Source: Chrysomallon squamiferum (Eukaryota > Animalia > Mollusca). Taken from it: 64,000 nt of DNA. Each line of letters starts with the position of its first letter. Position 1 is the first letter of the stretch. Position numbers and translations under genes: made by a program. The notes below the pieces were generated by a model. That model was not told where the DNA came from. It saw only the letters and a list, made by a program, of their open reading frames with translations, and did not search any database. The DNA lies in the NCBI GenBank assembly GCA_012295275.1, contig CM022665.1, forward strand, positions 9,486,001 to 9,550,000, read 5' to 3'. Below are positions 38,111-53,431 of this stretch, in pieces.

Positions 38111-40454
38111 TTAACAGAACCATCCACATTTTTATATCTCATTTTTTTACCACAACATTAACAATATTTAAGGGGTTTTTATGCATCAGTATATAATACT
38201 GCAAGTACATTGAATTTATTTATTTTGAATTTTTTTAAGATGACTGAACTGTTGTTAGATCTAAATGCAGTTTAAACCAAAAAAAAACAACAAAAAAAAC
38301 CATCTCTTACTTTTGCATTTCATGGAGAAAACATTTTGAATGTTTTATATTATTGGATTTATGATTTTTAAAACATAATTCTTTTTACATTATTTAAATT
38401 TTTGTCTATTCATCTAGTCACAGAGATATTTCTTTTTTGTTAACTCACCAAAATAAATTATTTCTTCACATGACAAAGAGTTGTGGGATAAATTTTTTAC
38501 TTTTTAAAAGTTGATTATTATTAATTGAATGAATATTTATTTTAGTTGTTATCCTTTGTGTTAGATTTTGATGATGTACGAGGGAAAACTCAGTGTTATT
38601 TGTCTTTGCTGGTGATAAAAACTATGCAGATCAGTTTTAGTGAAAATTTAATTGTCTTGTCACATTGTTGACTGTTATATTTAAATCGTTTAAGATTTAT
38701 TACTGTATAGTTTCCTATTCCAAACAGTGCCCTGTCATTTGTATATCTATGGGATGGTCTATATGGAAGTTATTTTGTTGCTAAATGATAAGATACATGC
38801 ATTATTTGCTTAGCATAGAAACATAATGAAGTAATAGAAACAAACTGTTAATTATTTAAGAGTTTTTTTCTTCTGATTACCTATTTTTATCATTTTAAAC
38901 CTGTTTTTAATTTCCTTTATTAAGTTTAGCTTTTTTTGATCAGTAAGTTTTTTTTTATTTTGGTCAGGTTAGACTGGTCTTTCTAGTTGTGTGAACAATT
39001 AAATATTGTTATTTCAGTTCAATGCAAATTGAAATTATATTTTGATGATTTCATCCTATTTTGATCTAATTTTTTTTTTTTTTTTGCTATGGCACCCAGT
39101 GGGCAGTACTTATATTAAATATGATCCCACACCTCTAAGGTACTCCGTCCATTTTTAATTCATAAGACTTTACGATTGATCAGACTAATTGTGTAATGAA
39201 TCTAAAACAACTGAAACTGACAGATTTAATACCGAAAAGATCTTTTCACAAAGTACATTGTGGGTATAGAGAATCTTAAGACCACACTTGAAACCAAAAT
39301 CACTGTATTGTTATTATAAAAAGATATTTGTTAATATTTATATTTGTATTTTGTTTACATTTTCAGATAGAATTCATTCAAATATTTTTTTCATGAGATA
39401 TTGTCAGATTGTTATTATTTTTTATTATTATATGATACTCAGATTTAAAAATAATATTTGTGATATCTATGTATGTATTGTGTTGTGTCATATCAGATTA
39501 TTTCATTGTACAGAAATGTTTAAAAATATAAATTGTTATTTATAATGTCTTAATAGCTTTTTGTAAAGAAATTTTTTGGTGGATTTAAATTATCCTAAAT
39601 ATTACATTCCTGCTTTGTTATATTATGCTGTAGGATACCAAATATTCTTATGGTAATCAGTCAAATCTTAAAAGATTGTATATTTAATGTTAGGTTTTAG
39701 TCTTATTGTATATTTGTTTAAATATATTTGTGACCATTCAGAATAAATATATGGATGTGCCTTTGTATGTAGAAGATACATCTTTTTTTTACATGCTAAA
39801 AGTCAGTAGATTAATTACCAATTTCAATGACGTCTGAAAAGATTTTAAAAAGTAAAACCTTTTTTGTTATTTGTAATAGGCACTGGTAGTAAATTATGTT
39901 GTTATTACATCTAGTCACAATGTGTTTAAACTGATATTGTCTCATTTGAATGATTAAATTGATTGTCATTGCACCTAGAACTAAATAACCATTTTATATT
40001 ATTTTACACTGCCATCAAATACCATTATATCTTTGAGGATTATATTTTCTCTCTTTAGTTTTTATATTAAAATTATTTAATTGTGTGTCAAATGAATTAC
40101 CTAGAAGTCTGATGTGTCACATATCTATAAAAGTGTATTTTGATGCTGATGTTGATGATGATGTTCACAGACAGCCCAAGTGACTGTATTGTTTATGGAT
40201 TCCAGTTTTTGCTAATATGTTAATATTACTAGCATGTGAAGTCAAGATTTTCCTTATAACTGTGACACCATTTTTTAAATATAATTATAAAAATATCTGT
40301 AAGAGTTTTTATAACATTTACATATAAGAAATAATGTTACGAAAACATGAAGTAAAATGTCATCCTCATGAACTTTATTATTAGCAAGGATTGATTTCTA
40401 GTAACCAAAACAGTTGAAAGCATGCAGAACATATTGTGACATTTGTATCTAAAA

Positions 40455-40903
40455 CAGGGGTGTGCAGCCTCTGGCCACACAAAGGATGTCGCCTCATCAC
40501 ATTTAACATCTCATTTGAAATATAACAAGCTGCTTGTCAGTATAAACACTCATACACCATGAATTTCTGTGACTGTACACAACAAAGCATCCAGTATTCA
40601 TTTTTAGATCCTACAGTTTTAGAGTTGTTATTTAATGAAAGTAATAAATAATAGTAATAACTGTTTTATTTTTATTTTAATGGGAATTATAAAATGATGA
40701 AGTCAATTCTCATGGAAACATGTAAATGCACCCATTATTTATATGCAGCATTTTAAGTCACAGAGGTTCACTGTTATAAAATTATATGCAAAATCATGTT
40801 ACACTTTCAGATTGTACGTAATCACAGTGACATTTGTGCAGCTGTAGTGCCAGTGAAGTCAAAGCACTGTAGTCTATAAAATCAGAAAGTTTGCACACCC
40901 CTG
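40455..40903. mobile_element. Non-autonomous hAT (Charlie-type) DNA transposon / MITE, 449 bp
   Basis: 12-bp perfect TIRs CAGGGGTGTGCA ... TGCACACCCCTG, flanked by 8-bp near-identical TSDs ATCTAAAA (40447-54) and ATCTAGAA (40904-11). These fit the NTCTAGAN target preference of Charlie elements. No ORF inside. Confidence 0.82.
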
Positions 40904-41425
40904 ATCTAGAACAAAGAATATGATATGTATAGATACATATGTAATCAGATAAGTAGAAGTCATTGTGCACAAAATAATTATGAAACAGATCTATTTATTT
41001 TTGATCATAGTTTATTTTGGCTTCATTTTGTTACAGAAAAGTAATACTCCCAGTTTTGTAAAAGATCTGTTGCAGCTATGTTGTATTTTTTATTATTAAA
41101 TATTTTCTTGTATTACATGTCTTGTTTTTAATTTAAGAAAATATTTTTAAAACTTGCAAAGGTTAAAAAAAAAATAATAAAAATCAGTATACAAACAAAA
41201 TTTAGTGCAAAAATTGACACTAGTATGTTTTACTTAGCCATATCTCTTATTAAATTATCTACCACTATGATATGTATGTAACAATACATGATTTTCTTTT
41301 TAAACTCTAGTATAATGTATATGATACATAAGTAGTTAGGCTTTTGTTTTTCCTTTTGTTGTCCAACCATCTTTTTGTTATAGTGCTGTTCTCACCAGTT
41401 CCCTTAAAACAGATATACAGAACAA

Positions 41426-41477
<52 letters not shown>

Positions 41478-42045
41478 TAAAATTGAAATATATACCATAA
41501 TATTAAATAACTTTGTTAATTTGGATTATCGGTCTAATTTTCTATTCTTAGAAAGTGGTATCCCAGTATTCTTAGGCTGCACATATTTTGTAGTGCTTCA
41601 TTCCAGTCAATTGTATATACTGTAATTATATTTCTAATAGTTAAAGAAAATTACAGCTTAATATGAACATATCAGTAAATAAATTTCAAACAGCAGGCTT
41701 ATTTATACAAAACATTAAGAATAACCACAACTAATCAACACTTTAGTAGAATCTTTTAACAATTCAAACAATAAATTACATTTTATTTTATTTTATTAAA
41801 AGATCGTTTAGGGACAGTAGTGAGCATAAAAACAATTTGATGGTGAAAAATCTTTGGCAGTATGTTAATTTTTGAATGGATGAATGAATATTTAATGATT
41901 CCCCAGCACGAAAAATAGACTGTTAGCTGTTACGTGTCTTTTTTTTTCTTCTTCTTTTTTTTTTTTTAAGATATAGCTTTGGTAGTACAAAGAAATAATA
42001 TAAATATATCGTGTATTTATATGTGTTATACGTTTTATGTTTTAA

Positions 42046-42099
<54 letters not shown>

Positions 42100-42287
42100 A
42101 TACACACCTTAAACAATAAAAGTACAGTTTTAAAATACCCGACGTTTATTATTATTATTATTATTATATATATTTTTTTATTTAAATCTTTGTTACGTAA
42201 TTGTGTAGCACTTTCTTAAAAGTTACATATGTTGGTAAAATGACATAACATTTTAAAAAGAAGAAGAAAGAAACAACTGATAAGCAA

Positions 42288-42295
42288 TGACGTCA
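42288..42295. promoter_or_regulatory. Palindromic CRE (TGACGTCA) ~1 kb upstream of AK7
   Basis: Exact consensus within a CpG-retaining intergenic patch; function unproven. Confidence 0.3.
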
Positions 42296-42443
42296 CGACT
42301 GAATGGTGAAAGGGCAGAACAGCATTTTTAAAGAGTATTATTTTACTGTCATACTTCTTTATGACCGATGATACATCGCCCAAAACAACAAAATAATAAT
42401 TTGAAAGCTGTTTTTTTTTTTTTTAGAAACAAAACAAAACAAA

Positions 42444-42486
<43 letters not shown>

Positions 42487-43247
42487 TATAAAATATAAAT
42501 TTATGTAGAGCGCGACAGGTAGGCACACATAAAAGAAAAAAATGTGACAAAGATAAAAAGTAATGCCGTTTTATATATCAACACTTGTTAAAACAACAAC
42601 AACAACAACAGCAGCAACAACAGCAACTACAACAACAACAACAATAATAATAATAATAATCTCTTATTTTCATACATAAATTACAGATTAAAAAGAAATG
42701 TGCATGTATAAGATCCCATGTTGCTAAATGAAAATTAATATGGCATTGCTTGACGTCTGCAGGCTACATGGTTTCCTCTAGTTAACCATAATATTAGTGG
42801 GATTTATTTATAGCAGTTAAATAAAACATTTATTCATTAAAATACTAGAACTTTAATCTTAATAAAGAGAGAAAAACAAACAAACAAACAAAACAGAACA
42901 TCTTCATTTCTTCTTAGTTGAAGTTATTACTATTATTATCATCACTGTTAAAGGAGTTGATATTCTAGATACATCTTGTTCTTAAATATTAGTATACGTC
43001 TGTAATTAAACAATTATTAATTTTTAAATAGCATGTATATACATTTTTAGCCCTTTAAATTAATTCCTAACTTATTTATTATAGACAGATATCGATTATA
43101 ACTATTAGCTGCTAATATGATATCAAATTTAATCTTCAAAAAATAAATTAATATGTTTTGTATGTCTAAAATATCAGTTCGCTATTAGGAAATCAAAAAA
43201 AGGTTAGTGCGGTCTTTTTGAACGGAGTAGAAATAAGAATATCACAA

Positions 43248-43272
43248 CCGGAAGTTAATGTTTCCAAGCAAC
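43248..43272 (+). promoter_or_regulatory. ETS-type site (CCGGAAGT, 43248-43255) and RFX X-box (GTTTCCAAGCAAC, 43260-43272) upstream of AK7
   Basis: Close matches to the consensus motifs, ending 17 nt before the AK7 ATG. RFX X-boxes near the TSS are an established feature of ciliary genes. Confidence 0.7.
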
Positions 43273-43289
43273 TAGAGCAGTGCAACAAG

Positions 43290-45153
43290 ATGACCAGCAT
43301 ACCCGATCAAGCTTTTCCTAACAAAACTAAAAGCAAACGAATATTTATAAATCATGTGGATCAGTATCAAGGAAAAAATGTTGCAAAGGTATGCTTATGT
43401 TTTAAATAAATTACTGATGAGTTATTTCTATTGTTACTGAGCAAAAACTAAAACGTCGTGCTGTATGATTGTTACTTGTTACTAACTTACTTTCAAACAT
43501 CATCTTTCTTAATTGTTTAATCATTAAAATGTTTTTACAGTTAATGTACGATAATTTGCAATCCTGAGACATACTTGTTTAAAGAAAATCTATTAGCCTG
43601 TGGCTATTACACAGAAGTATTCATTATATTCCACCCTCAAAGATATACTCTAGACAACATGATATGTATTAATATATATATTTTTGAAACGTTTAGGACA
43701 GTCTGAAGTTACTTGTAATAAATTATGTAGTTTATAAAAAATGAAAAAGAAACTATCTAAATCAACAATTTTTTCAACAAAAATTAACATTATTTGATAT
43801 GTTAAATACAAATAATTGTTTTCTGTTATTGTTTGCAGTATTTGTCATCATGTGTTGTTGGGGCCTCCCTGGAAGAAGGAGAAGAGGAAGAAGATGCCCA
43901 GTCTGTTACCAGCTCAGTAATTCCACCAGCAAAAGAAGGCTGCTATGAAATTGTTGGCACCCTTAAAAACAGAGAAGTGCCTAAACCTGAATTTGTCAAG
44001 GATGTTATACTGGTACAAATCATAATTATTTCTTATTTTAAATTATATTTGAAAGATATTCAAAATAAATGCATTAATAATGAATTAATTCTTACAGAAA
44101 AATTGTGCATTTTAAAGCTACATTTTGGTATCAAGAAAGTAACAGAATGTGATGTAGTCAGAGAAACTAAAAGCAAAATATTAATAATTGTTTAAAATAA
44201 TGGGAAAATAGTTTTGTTACATATTATTTTTATTATAATCAAAAACAAATGTTATATTCCAAATATTTTCACGTCTAATTATAACTGCTTAATTTACTTG
44301 CTTAAGATTGTTATGTGGTTGTGTAATTTTATTCATGCTTCTGTCAAAAAATTGTTTAAGCAAGCTTGTTACATCATTCTTTCCTCTGCAGTTTGAGAAC
44401 AAGAATCAGCTGTATGAACATCTGGTGGAATGTGATATAATTGTTTATGACATCACTGAGGATCCAGACCAGATTGACGAAGCAGTGTGGGCAGTCTCAG
44501 GTATCACTGATTTATTTTTATACACACCAGAATAGATATCATTTTCACTACTGTGTTTTACTAGATTAAAAAACCAACAAAAAAAACCCCAACAACAACA
44601 ACAACAAAGAAACCCCACAGAAACAAAACAAACAACAACAACAAAAGACAGTACAGTAGATTTAACAAAAATAGAATAATATACAAATACTCACTTTCAA
44701 ATAACAAATAATACATTCAATACTTTCTAGATATTACATACATTGTTTATATTTAATTGATATTTTTTAATAATCATTTAACTAATTATATATAGATACA
44801 GATATATAGATATATGCATGATGCTAGGATACTCTTTAATATTAAAAAAAAATATATTGGTGTTTTTTTCTTTTAATAATTTGTATTTACCTTTTTCTGT
44901 TTCAATTTCAGAGCTGCACTCAGATCTTGATAAACTGGATAAGCCAAAGATGTTCATCTTGATTTCTACTTGCATGACCTGGGCCAAAAGTAAACCTCTT
45001 GATCCAGTAAGTGCATTGAATTAATGTTTCATTGCTTTTTAATGATAGAATGTTCAGTTATGACCGAAACATCAGTTTTCTTTTCAGTTAACTTTATCAG
45101 AAAGGAAGAGAAATCAAAATATGTATGTCTGAACAAAATGTTTATGTATTCTA

Positions 45154-45191
<38 letters not shown>

Positions 45192-48100
45192 CATCGTGTT
45201 AATCTCCAGTTTTCATAAACTGTTGTAAATGTTTATGAATTTAAAACAAAAAAAGAAGAAAAAATTGATTTCTAAGTTATTTTACTATATATCTGTTAAC
45301 TAGGATGATCCAGAGATTCCATTCACTGAAGATGATTATCGCAGAAGGAAACCTCATCCAAACTTCAAGGAACATACAAGTGCAGAGAAAACTGTAATAA
45401 AGATGGGGAAGACGGTAAATTTCTTTACTGGTGCATTTTTACACAAAGAATGATAATAATAGTGATCTAAAAATCAAAAACTCATTCATGCAAAACTTTT
45501 ACCTGGAAAGTAAGACATTTTTTTAATTTAAAAATTGTTTATATAAATATATATATTTTTTCTGCAATTTAAAATTTTATTCTTGATTATTTAGTTTTCT
45601 TCTTTCTAAATTTAGAAAATTAATGTATAGGTTGTTTTCTAAATACTCAACTAAACTGAAATGTAAAATAAATCTTGTATTATTTTTCAGAACAAAGCCA
45701 AATTAGTGACTTATGTTGTCTGCTCAGGCCTTACTTATGGAGCAGAGGAAAATATATTTCATTATCTTTTCAAGGTAATAAAAACAGTTCTAAAAAATTA
45801 TTATTGATTTATGTTGGTTGTTATTAACTTCAATACTTTAACAACATGCTCATTTTTTCTTTGTTGTTTTTATTTGTTCATAATACATACCTAAATTTTA
45901 ATATTTAAGATTGACCCATTGACAAAATATGCATTCATTATTTTATTTGTTTCAAAAATATAATTCTGTTGTGAGAATTTCAGAGTAGTATATACTAAAC
46001 AATAAATTAAAAGGATATTCTCCAATAAATTTATGCATAATTTAAGGACATTTCAAAATAGTTAATATTTAGAATATGTTACTTTCATTCTTATGTTAAA
46101 TTAATAAATAATAATGTAAACAAATATTTTCTATACAGTCTGCCTGGCACAACAAACCACAGCTTCAGTGTTTTGGGAGTGGACAGAATATTGTCCCAAC
46201 TATCCACATCAAAGATCTTGCTGGGTAAGTTTATTTAAGTTATTATTAGTTTAATTCTTAGATATGACAATAAAGATAAATTATTTTTAACATAAAATTA
46301 TAACTTTCAGCATTTTAATATTATGTTAAATTTTTCACAATTAGAATTACAGTAATATTTTAAATTTCAAATTATTTACATTAAAGCTAAACATGATGTT
46401 TATTTTAAAAAATAATAATAAATAAAATGTTTTGTAAAATACATGTTTTTCTTAATATTTTTTTTATTATTATAACTTTTTTGTAATAATGATTTTTTTA
46501 AATTATTATTTATTATTATTTACCAAAACAAATAATTATTTCTTTATTAATTTAAAAAAAATAAAAAAAAATTTATCCTATTATTAGAAATTTTTCTCTT
46601 TAGTAATTGAATGTAAATCTGTTTATTGTTTTGAAACTCTCTTTGATTAGAATCTTTCATTATATTTTAATTTTACATTTGTTTACATATAAATCTTTTG
46701 AAATTTTAAGTGTGATCCAAAACATTGCTGATTCAAGACCAAAAGTCAGATACATTATTGCCAAAGATGAGGGACAGAATAATCTTGAAGAGATAGTGAA
46801 GGTAATTGTTATAACAGTACAAATGCAGTAGCTCAGAACATTAATACATTCTTTCAATTTTAGCAATAAGCTAGTTTTGCACTGGTCAAAATTACATCCA
46901 TTCTGCCTAATTTATCATCATAATAAGGTACAGTAGTTTATATATGATGATAAGCAATTATTTTGTTTTACAAAAATTTGCAAAAAAAATTTAATTGATA
47001 TCTGTTTTAAGTTTTTGTTTGAATTTGTAATTTTAGTTAAGATGAGATCAGTTTCACATTCCAAATCTTGATAATGTTTATAACATTTATTTTTGATGGA
47101 GTAATTAATCTCTGTGATCTCTTTTTGTAATAAGTTATTTGATATTTAAATATATTTATTATTATTACTTTTTTGGTTGAATAACACATAAACATTATAT
47201 GTTTTCTTGAGGTTTACTTGTAAATATCTTTCATTCATGTATTTGTGGTATTTTTACTTTTTTTAAAATTTTGTTTACTAGACAGTAAGTACAGAACTTG
47301 GCAGTGGAAAAATTGAGTATCTCACAAAGGAAGAAGCTCTTCTTAACAAGGAAATTGATGTAAGTTTTAGTCAAAGATGATTATATGAACAGTTAAATAT
47401 TTACCGATGACATTCAATAGCTATGTAAAAATAACTTTTAAAAATACAATCCATTTTTTGACTTTTTACCACCTGCAATTAATTACAACTTTTCTGACCA
47501 AAGTTCATGTTGATAATTAGTTGATAATATTCGTTATTATAAATGCTAATTTTTAAAACAAATGCTATTATTATTATTATTATTATTTTATTTCTTTATA
47601 TATTGTTTAGCAAGCAGACTTTGATATGCTTTTGGTCAATTTGAGAATGGATGCAGTTCACGTCAAAGAAAACATGCACATCAACTGGGTATCTGAGACC
47701 AGCATGGTGGAGAACATGCAGCATATCATCAAAGAATACAAAACCTCTCGAAATCTGCAGGTGAAAATACTGAACCTAATAACATTATTTAAAAATCAAT
47801 GCTTAAAGATTTAGAAAAAACAATAAAAAACCCCATTAATTTGCAGGATGAACATTTTTGAGCGAAACTGATAATGTAAAAAAAATAATAATAATAAAAA
47901 ATGTTTTTAATATAATTATAAAAAGAGGATATATTATGATGATAAAAGAAAATGTCCAGTTAGATAAAATTGGTGTTATAAATAGAAAGTATTTATATTT
48001 TCAAAGTATCTTTTTAAAATCTAGTTTTAATCTATTATAGCCTATCCGAGTAGCAATCCTTGGATATCCAGCTTCAGGAAAAACAACTGTTGCAAAACAA

Positions 48101-48991
48101 TTGTGTGATTATTATAAACTACACCACATCAAAATAAAAGATGTCATTGATGAAGCTATAGAAGCACTGGTAAATTTTTCTTATACTTAATTCATTATAT
48201 TGCAACAAACACACACACACATATATATATATAAACACACACACATACATATACACATACATCATTACATACATACACATACACACTGACAAGTTGCATG
48301 TACAACTCTGTAATAATCAAAGTTTCAAATATTTTTAGTATAAAGAAAAACAACTATCAATATGAGATTTCTGTAAAAAGGATACATGACAAATAGTGTA
48401 GAATGAAATCAAATATCAAGAAATTTAGAATAGTTTAATCAATAAAACATAATTATTACATGTGACTGAAAACCCCCAACAACATCTGGTTTTTAAAGGT
48501 ATATTTGCACTAATTATATATACACTAATTCATTCAAAATGTGTATATGCAGACGTGTATTACTAAACTTCTAAATGTTTTATTTACAGCAAGCCAAAGC
48601 TAGGCGTGCTGATTCAGATGAGGCTGAAGATGATGATGGTTCTGCAGTAGAAGCTCAAGAGTTGTTAGATCAGATTACAGAGAGCAAGGAAAACAATGGT
48701 GGTCGCATTGATGATCAGTATATAATTAAATTCTTCCGAGAGAAGCTACACTCCATGCCATGTCAGAATCAAGGCTTTGTCCTCGATGGGTTTCCTAAAA
48801 CACTTGATCAAGCAAAGGAATTATTTGCAAGTATGATATTTGTTAAAACGTTTGTTTTATATATGCTATATAATGTTGAAATGTTTGCTGAAATCAGCTG
48901 ATGGAATATTTATGCTTTGTGATTACAAAATGGGATGTATTTTAATATATGTAAAATATATATTGTTTTATTAACTTCTTCTTATTATTAT

Positions 48992-49045
<54 letters not shown>

Positions 49046-50744
49046 ATATATATTGTTTTATTTTAAATTTAAAAATCTTTTGCAGATGATGAAGAAGAGG
49101 AGGCAGAAGATACTTCAAAGGAAGGTAACTTTGACAAAACAACCATGCCAGAATTTGTCATTTGTTTTGAAGCCACGGATGATTTTCTCAAGCAGCGTGT
49201 AATGAATTTACCTGAGAGTGTGGTGGCTGGAACTCATAACACTGAAGCTGGCCTCCTGCGTCGTCTTGCTGAATACAAGGCCCTCAACACAGAAGATGAG
49301 ACTGTGCTCAACTATTTTGATGAACTTGAGTTTCACCCTTACAGAATTGGTATGTTTTCTACATCTCATTTTTTATGTTTTATGTGTCTCTGTGTGTATA
49401 TGTGTATGTGTATAAATGTATTTGATAGACTTTTTATGTCCAGTTTTTTAAACTTTCAAGTTATAAAATATATTTAGAAAGTAAAATTTAGGTAATCATT
49501 TATTTGTGGTGTCTTGAGAAAACAGTGCATATGTTGATGATATCTTATTACTTGAATAAATTTGACTCATCACAAAAAACCATAAATATAACTAATAATA
49601 ACAGTAATAATAATTATTACTGTAATAGTTATAATTTTAGAGTTTTGTTTAATTTCTTCATTATATTGGATAATAATTAAGGTAAAAAGTATTCATTTTA
49701 TAAACTGCTTCCCATCACGTTATATCTAAAATTAAAATGTCTTCACTACTTTGTTTCTCAGATGTAACTACAGACAGATCAGAGATGATGAACGACACAA
49801 CACAGAAATGTATTAAGATTATTGGAAAACCTAGGAATTACGGTGAGCATTATTTAAACTGTACCTTTGGTAGTAGTTGAAAAAAAAAATGTTTTTAAAT
49901 AATTGTTTTATTTATTTTTGCTGATTAAAAACAGTAGAATGAAACAATCTCTGTGCTTTAGGAACAATTTAATCATTTGGATTTGTACATACATACATGA
50001 GTACTTCTTTTTCAATTTAGTTTGTAGCCCATTTCACCAGAGACAAATCCAGAAAATATTTAAATAATTTTATTTTTTCTTGAATATTTCAGATCCATGT
50101 TGGCAGGGGATCTTTTTGTTACAAATAAAACAATATCTGAATTATTTTTATAGGTCCAACACCCGAAGAACTGGAAGAAATGAAACGAAAGGAAGAAGAA
50201 GAAAGATTGAAAAAGGAGGCTGAAGAAAAGGCTGAGCGTGAGAGAAAAGAGGCAGAGGAAGCAGCTGAAAGAAAGAGAAGACAGGAAGAATGGGTTAGAA
50301 CAAAATCATTATTTATATTTTTTATAGTTTAGTTCTTAAATATAAAAGAACCAAGGGCAAGAGTAATTTTAAAAAAAGAGAAAAAAAAAAAAAAAAAAAA
50401 AACTCCCCACATTAATTAAAATGCCTCTAGTAAATACTTTTTGAAGTAAGCCATAAATGTGGTTAATGAACATTTGTAGTATCAGTGAATAAATAATAGT
50501 GTTTTTATCTAGTATGAATCAATAATATGAATTAATTTTATTAAATAAAAAGGATCACTTTTACTTTTGCTATTACTGTGTCAAACAATCTCTGCTTTTG
50601 GAACAGATGTTTAACTTGTTACATTTCAAATAACCAGAATCTCATGATAATTATTTTCTTATCAACATGTTTGTTTTTCAGTCTTATATCTTACATTATT
50701 AACAACTTTCGTAAAGATTTAAGGTTAAAGATATATTTGATTCC

Positions 50745-50779
<35 letters not shown>

Positions 50780-51606
50780 TACATGTTTTTTGTTTTTTTT
50801 TAATATCTTCAGGGTGAGAGGCTGAATGAAGTGAGGAGAGAGGAATATGAAATGCTGGAAGCAAAATCAATTCCATTACGAAACTTCTTGATGAAGCATG
50901 TAATGCCCACTTTGACTCAAGGTCTCATTGACTGCTGTAAGGTTCGACCTGAAGATCCCATTGATTATCTAGTAAGTTTATTACTCTCTTCTTGTGTAGA
51001 AGTTCTGTGAATTATAATTAACTTGACTGCCTTGCAAATTTAATACTCTCTTCAGTTCCCAAAAATATAAATTATTAGATAATTTGGTATATCTGATACT
51101 TTCTGGTTTAATAATTCTTTGAATTATCATCTGTTTCATTATCTGGTAAGTTAAAATAAAAAAAAAATTAAATCTGTGCCAATGTAATAATTATAACATC
51201 TATAATTTATCTTCAATTATACATACCAGGTGTTATGTTTTACAAATAATAACCTTTTAGATAACTTAAAATTTCTGGTTTCTGTTCTGTTTGTTAATGG
51301 TAATATCTGGTAGCTATAGTTAACAGCTTATATACACAGTATATAGAAAAGGAAATATCTTTAATGCATGCAGTATTTTTTATCAGATAAAAACTGTTTG
51401 TACTTGTCCTGTATTTTATAGTTCATTACATAAAAATTTATAAAATTATTACCATATATAGATATAATGTTCTTGGATTTGTTTTGGGTTTTTTATAAAT
51501 AAAAAGTTGTAATGTTGTTGTTATAATTGTTTCTAAACAGTTCTGTTTTAATTTTCTTTATTTTCAGGCAGAATACTTATTCCAGAATAACCCTCAGGTG
51601 GATTAA
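43290..51606 (+). CDS. AK7: Adenylate kinase 7 (motile cilia/flagella): NAD-binding-like N-terminus, AK domain, coiled-coil, Dpy-30 motif; 17 exons, ~709 aa
   Basis: Exons: 43290-43388, 43839-44012, 44392-44500, 44912-45006, 45304-45414, 45691-45774, 46139-46224, 46711-46801, 47282-47359, 47611-47760, 48041-48169, 48590-48830, 49086-49349, 49762-49842, 50154-50293, 50813-50971, 51568-51606 (2130 nt). Motifs: [48 protein letters not shown]-loop [29 protein letters not shown], Dpy-30-like [43 protein letters not shown]. Confidence 0.96.
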
Positions 51607-53418
51607 AGAAGTGGATATTTGTCACGTGAATGAAATTATTGAAGCATATCCATAATATCTGGGACATAAATGACAGGATTAAATTTCTCAGTATGTGCAC
51701 CAACCAAATGCTAAGTCACTCTTAAGCTCAGTGTTTTATTCATTTAACAGATTATTTTAGTTTTATTGTGTTCAGCTTGAATAATATAGAAAACAGTGTT
51801 AACTGTTTTGGAGGTAAAGCATTATTATGCAGTTTAGTATTTTTTGCCCTGTTATACAGGTGTAATTTATTTAAATATGGAAAGAATAAACATTTAATGT
51901 GGAAATTGCAGGTTTTTTATATAGGAAATAATTTCAAAATACAATGCAAAATACATTAACAGAAAATACAGAAAAAAAAAAGCCTTAATGTTTCGAAAAG
52001 TAAATAACGATAAAATATAGGAATATGTCTCTCTTTCAAACATTCATAAATTTAAGAATCTTACAAATGTTTAGTTTATTTTTTGTTTTCCCTGAAGTGA
52101 ATCCCCAGTAATTTACAAGTGTTCCAACGTAGATTTATATTGTAATCCAAAAGTGTCCTTGTGTCATTAATAATGTAGAATCATTTGATATTTTTATATA
52201 TATTGTTCAATATAGCATTATGATATACTTCCTAAAGATGATTGTTTTGTTATACATTCAGTATCATTGTTTGCTTTTCATGGTCTGTGATATATTTTTT
52301 TTCTTGCATAATATGATATAAAATTTATACAGTATATCTTTATTTCTTTTTTATTCCATTGATAAACTTGGGATGGATCTAGGATTTTAGCAAAGTGATG
52401 TTATAACTCTTTTATGATGTACAGAATTTTATTATAACTGTAAACAAAATTTTGGAAAATAAAGTTGCTGTTAAAACAATGAATCGTTTAATTTTCTGAT
52501 GGTTGCCATTTGACTTTCTGGACCATTTTGTTACATACTATGTAATTAAATATTTAGACATGTATACTATAAATAATGCACCAGTGATAAAGACAGTTTT
52601 TTTCTTTGGAGGATTCATTAGATGACGGTAAATGTGACAAATTAAAACTTGTGATGTTAATGGAAACTGGCTCTCATGTGTATTTCATATCCTTCATATA
52701 CAATCAATTTCATAGATTAATTTTGAATAATGCACCAAAAATACAAATAAAATTTACAATTTTTTTTGCTAGGAAATTAAATGAATGTACTCGTCAGATA
52801 TGTAACACAAAGTCCACAACACTAATAATCAGTCCAAGGCATTATAAAAAGTGTGGCACATCTCAGAATAATTAAATTTAAAAAAAATAATAATAATAAA
52901 AAAATAAAAATGATGCACTCAACACATGATTCACACTAAACAAGAAAAATAATTAATGATACTTTTATAAATAAGAATTAGTAAAACTTTTGCAAAACAA
53001 ATTTATTTGTATGATTATTATATTCTGTTATTTATTTTTTTTCTTACCAAGTTCGTTTTGTGTTTGAGTAATTAGAAATGCTATAGTTTTTAATAATGTA
53101 AAACCTGACTGAATTAAAAAAGAATTAAGTAAATGTTACATAACCAACAAAATGCTTTTGAAAGTGATAATTCTGTATTATAAATAATAAGGCCTGATCC
53201 CCGTGAAACACAGCCCACTATAAAAACATGAAGGAAAATAACGTAAATCTTTACAAATTTGGTTTTTCAACACAAACATTTAGCAACATGCACATCTGAA
53301 ACTACAAAGAATAAAGAATTAAAATTATGATTTTTTTTTTTCACTCATTTAGCGCTTTTGTTATGAATCGTGCCAAATTGTAACCATTTAACGTAGTTTT
53401 AATCAGCCATTATTTAGT

Positions 53419-53431
53419 GTCGTATGGTAAC
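53419..53431 (+). promoter_or_regulatory. Putative RFX X-box (GTCGTATGGTAAC) at the probable promoter of the DUF4062-NACHT gene
   Basis: Strong ATGGTAAC half-site in a CpG-containing patch, followed by donor-like sites at 53512/13 (CAG|GTATAT) and 53571/72 (CAG|GTACTG) that would end a first exon. Confidence 0.45.

Noticed and set aside
43218-43289. Upstream in-frame extension of AK7 from the TTG start in the ORF track (likewise TTG starts at 26459 and 55341)
   Set aside because: These are bacterial-style alternative starts. The region holds promoter motifs (ETS site, X-box), and the first ATG at 43290 gives a normal-length AK7.
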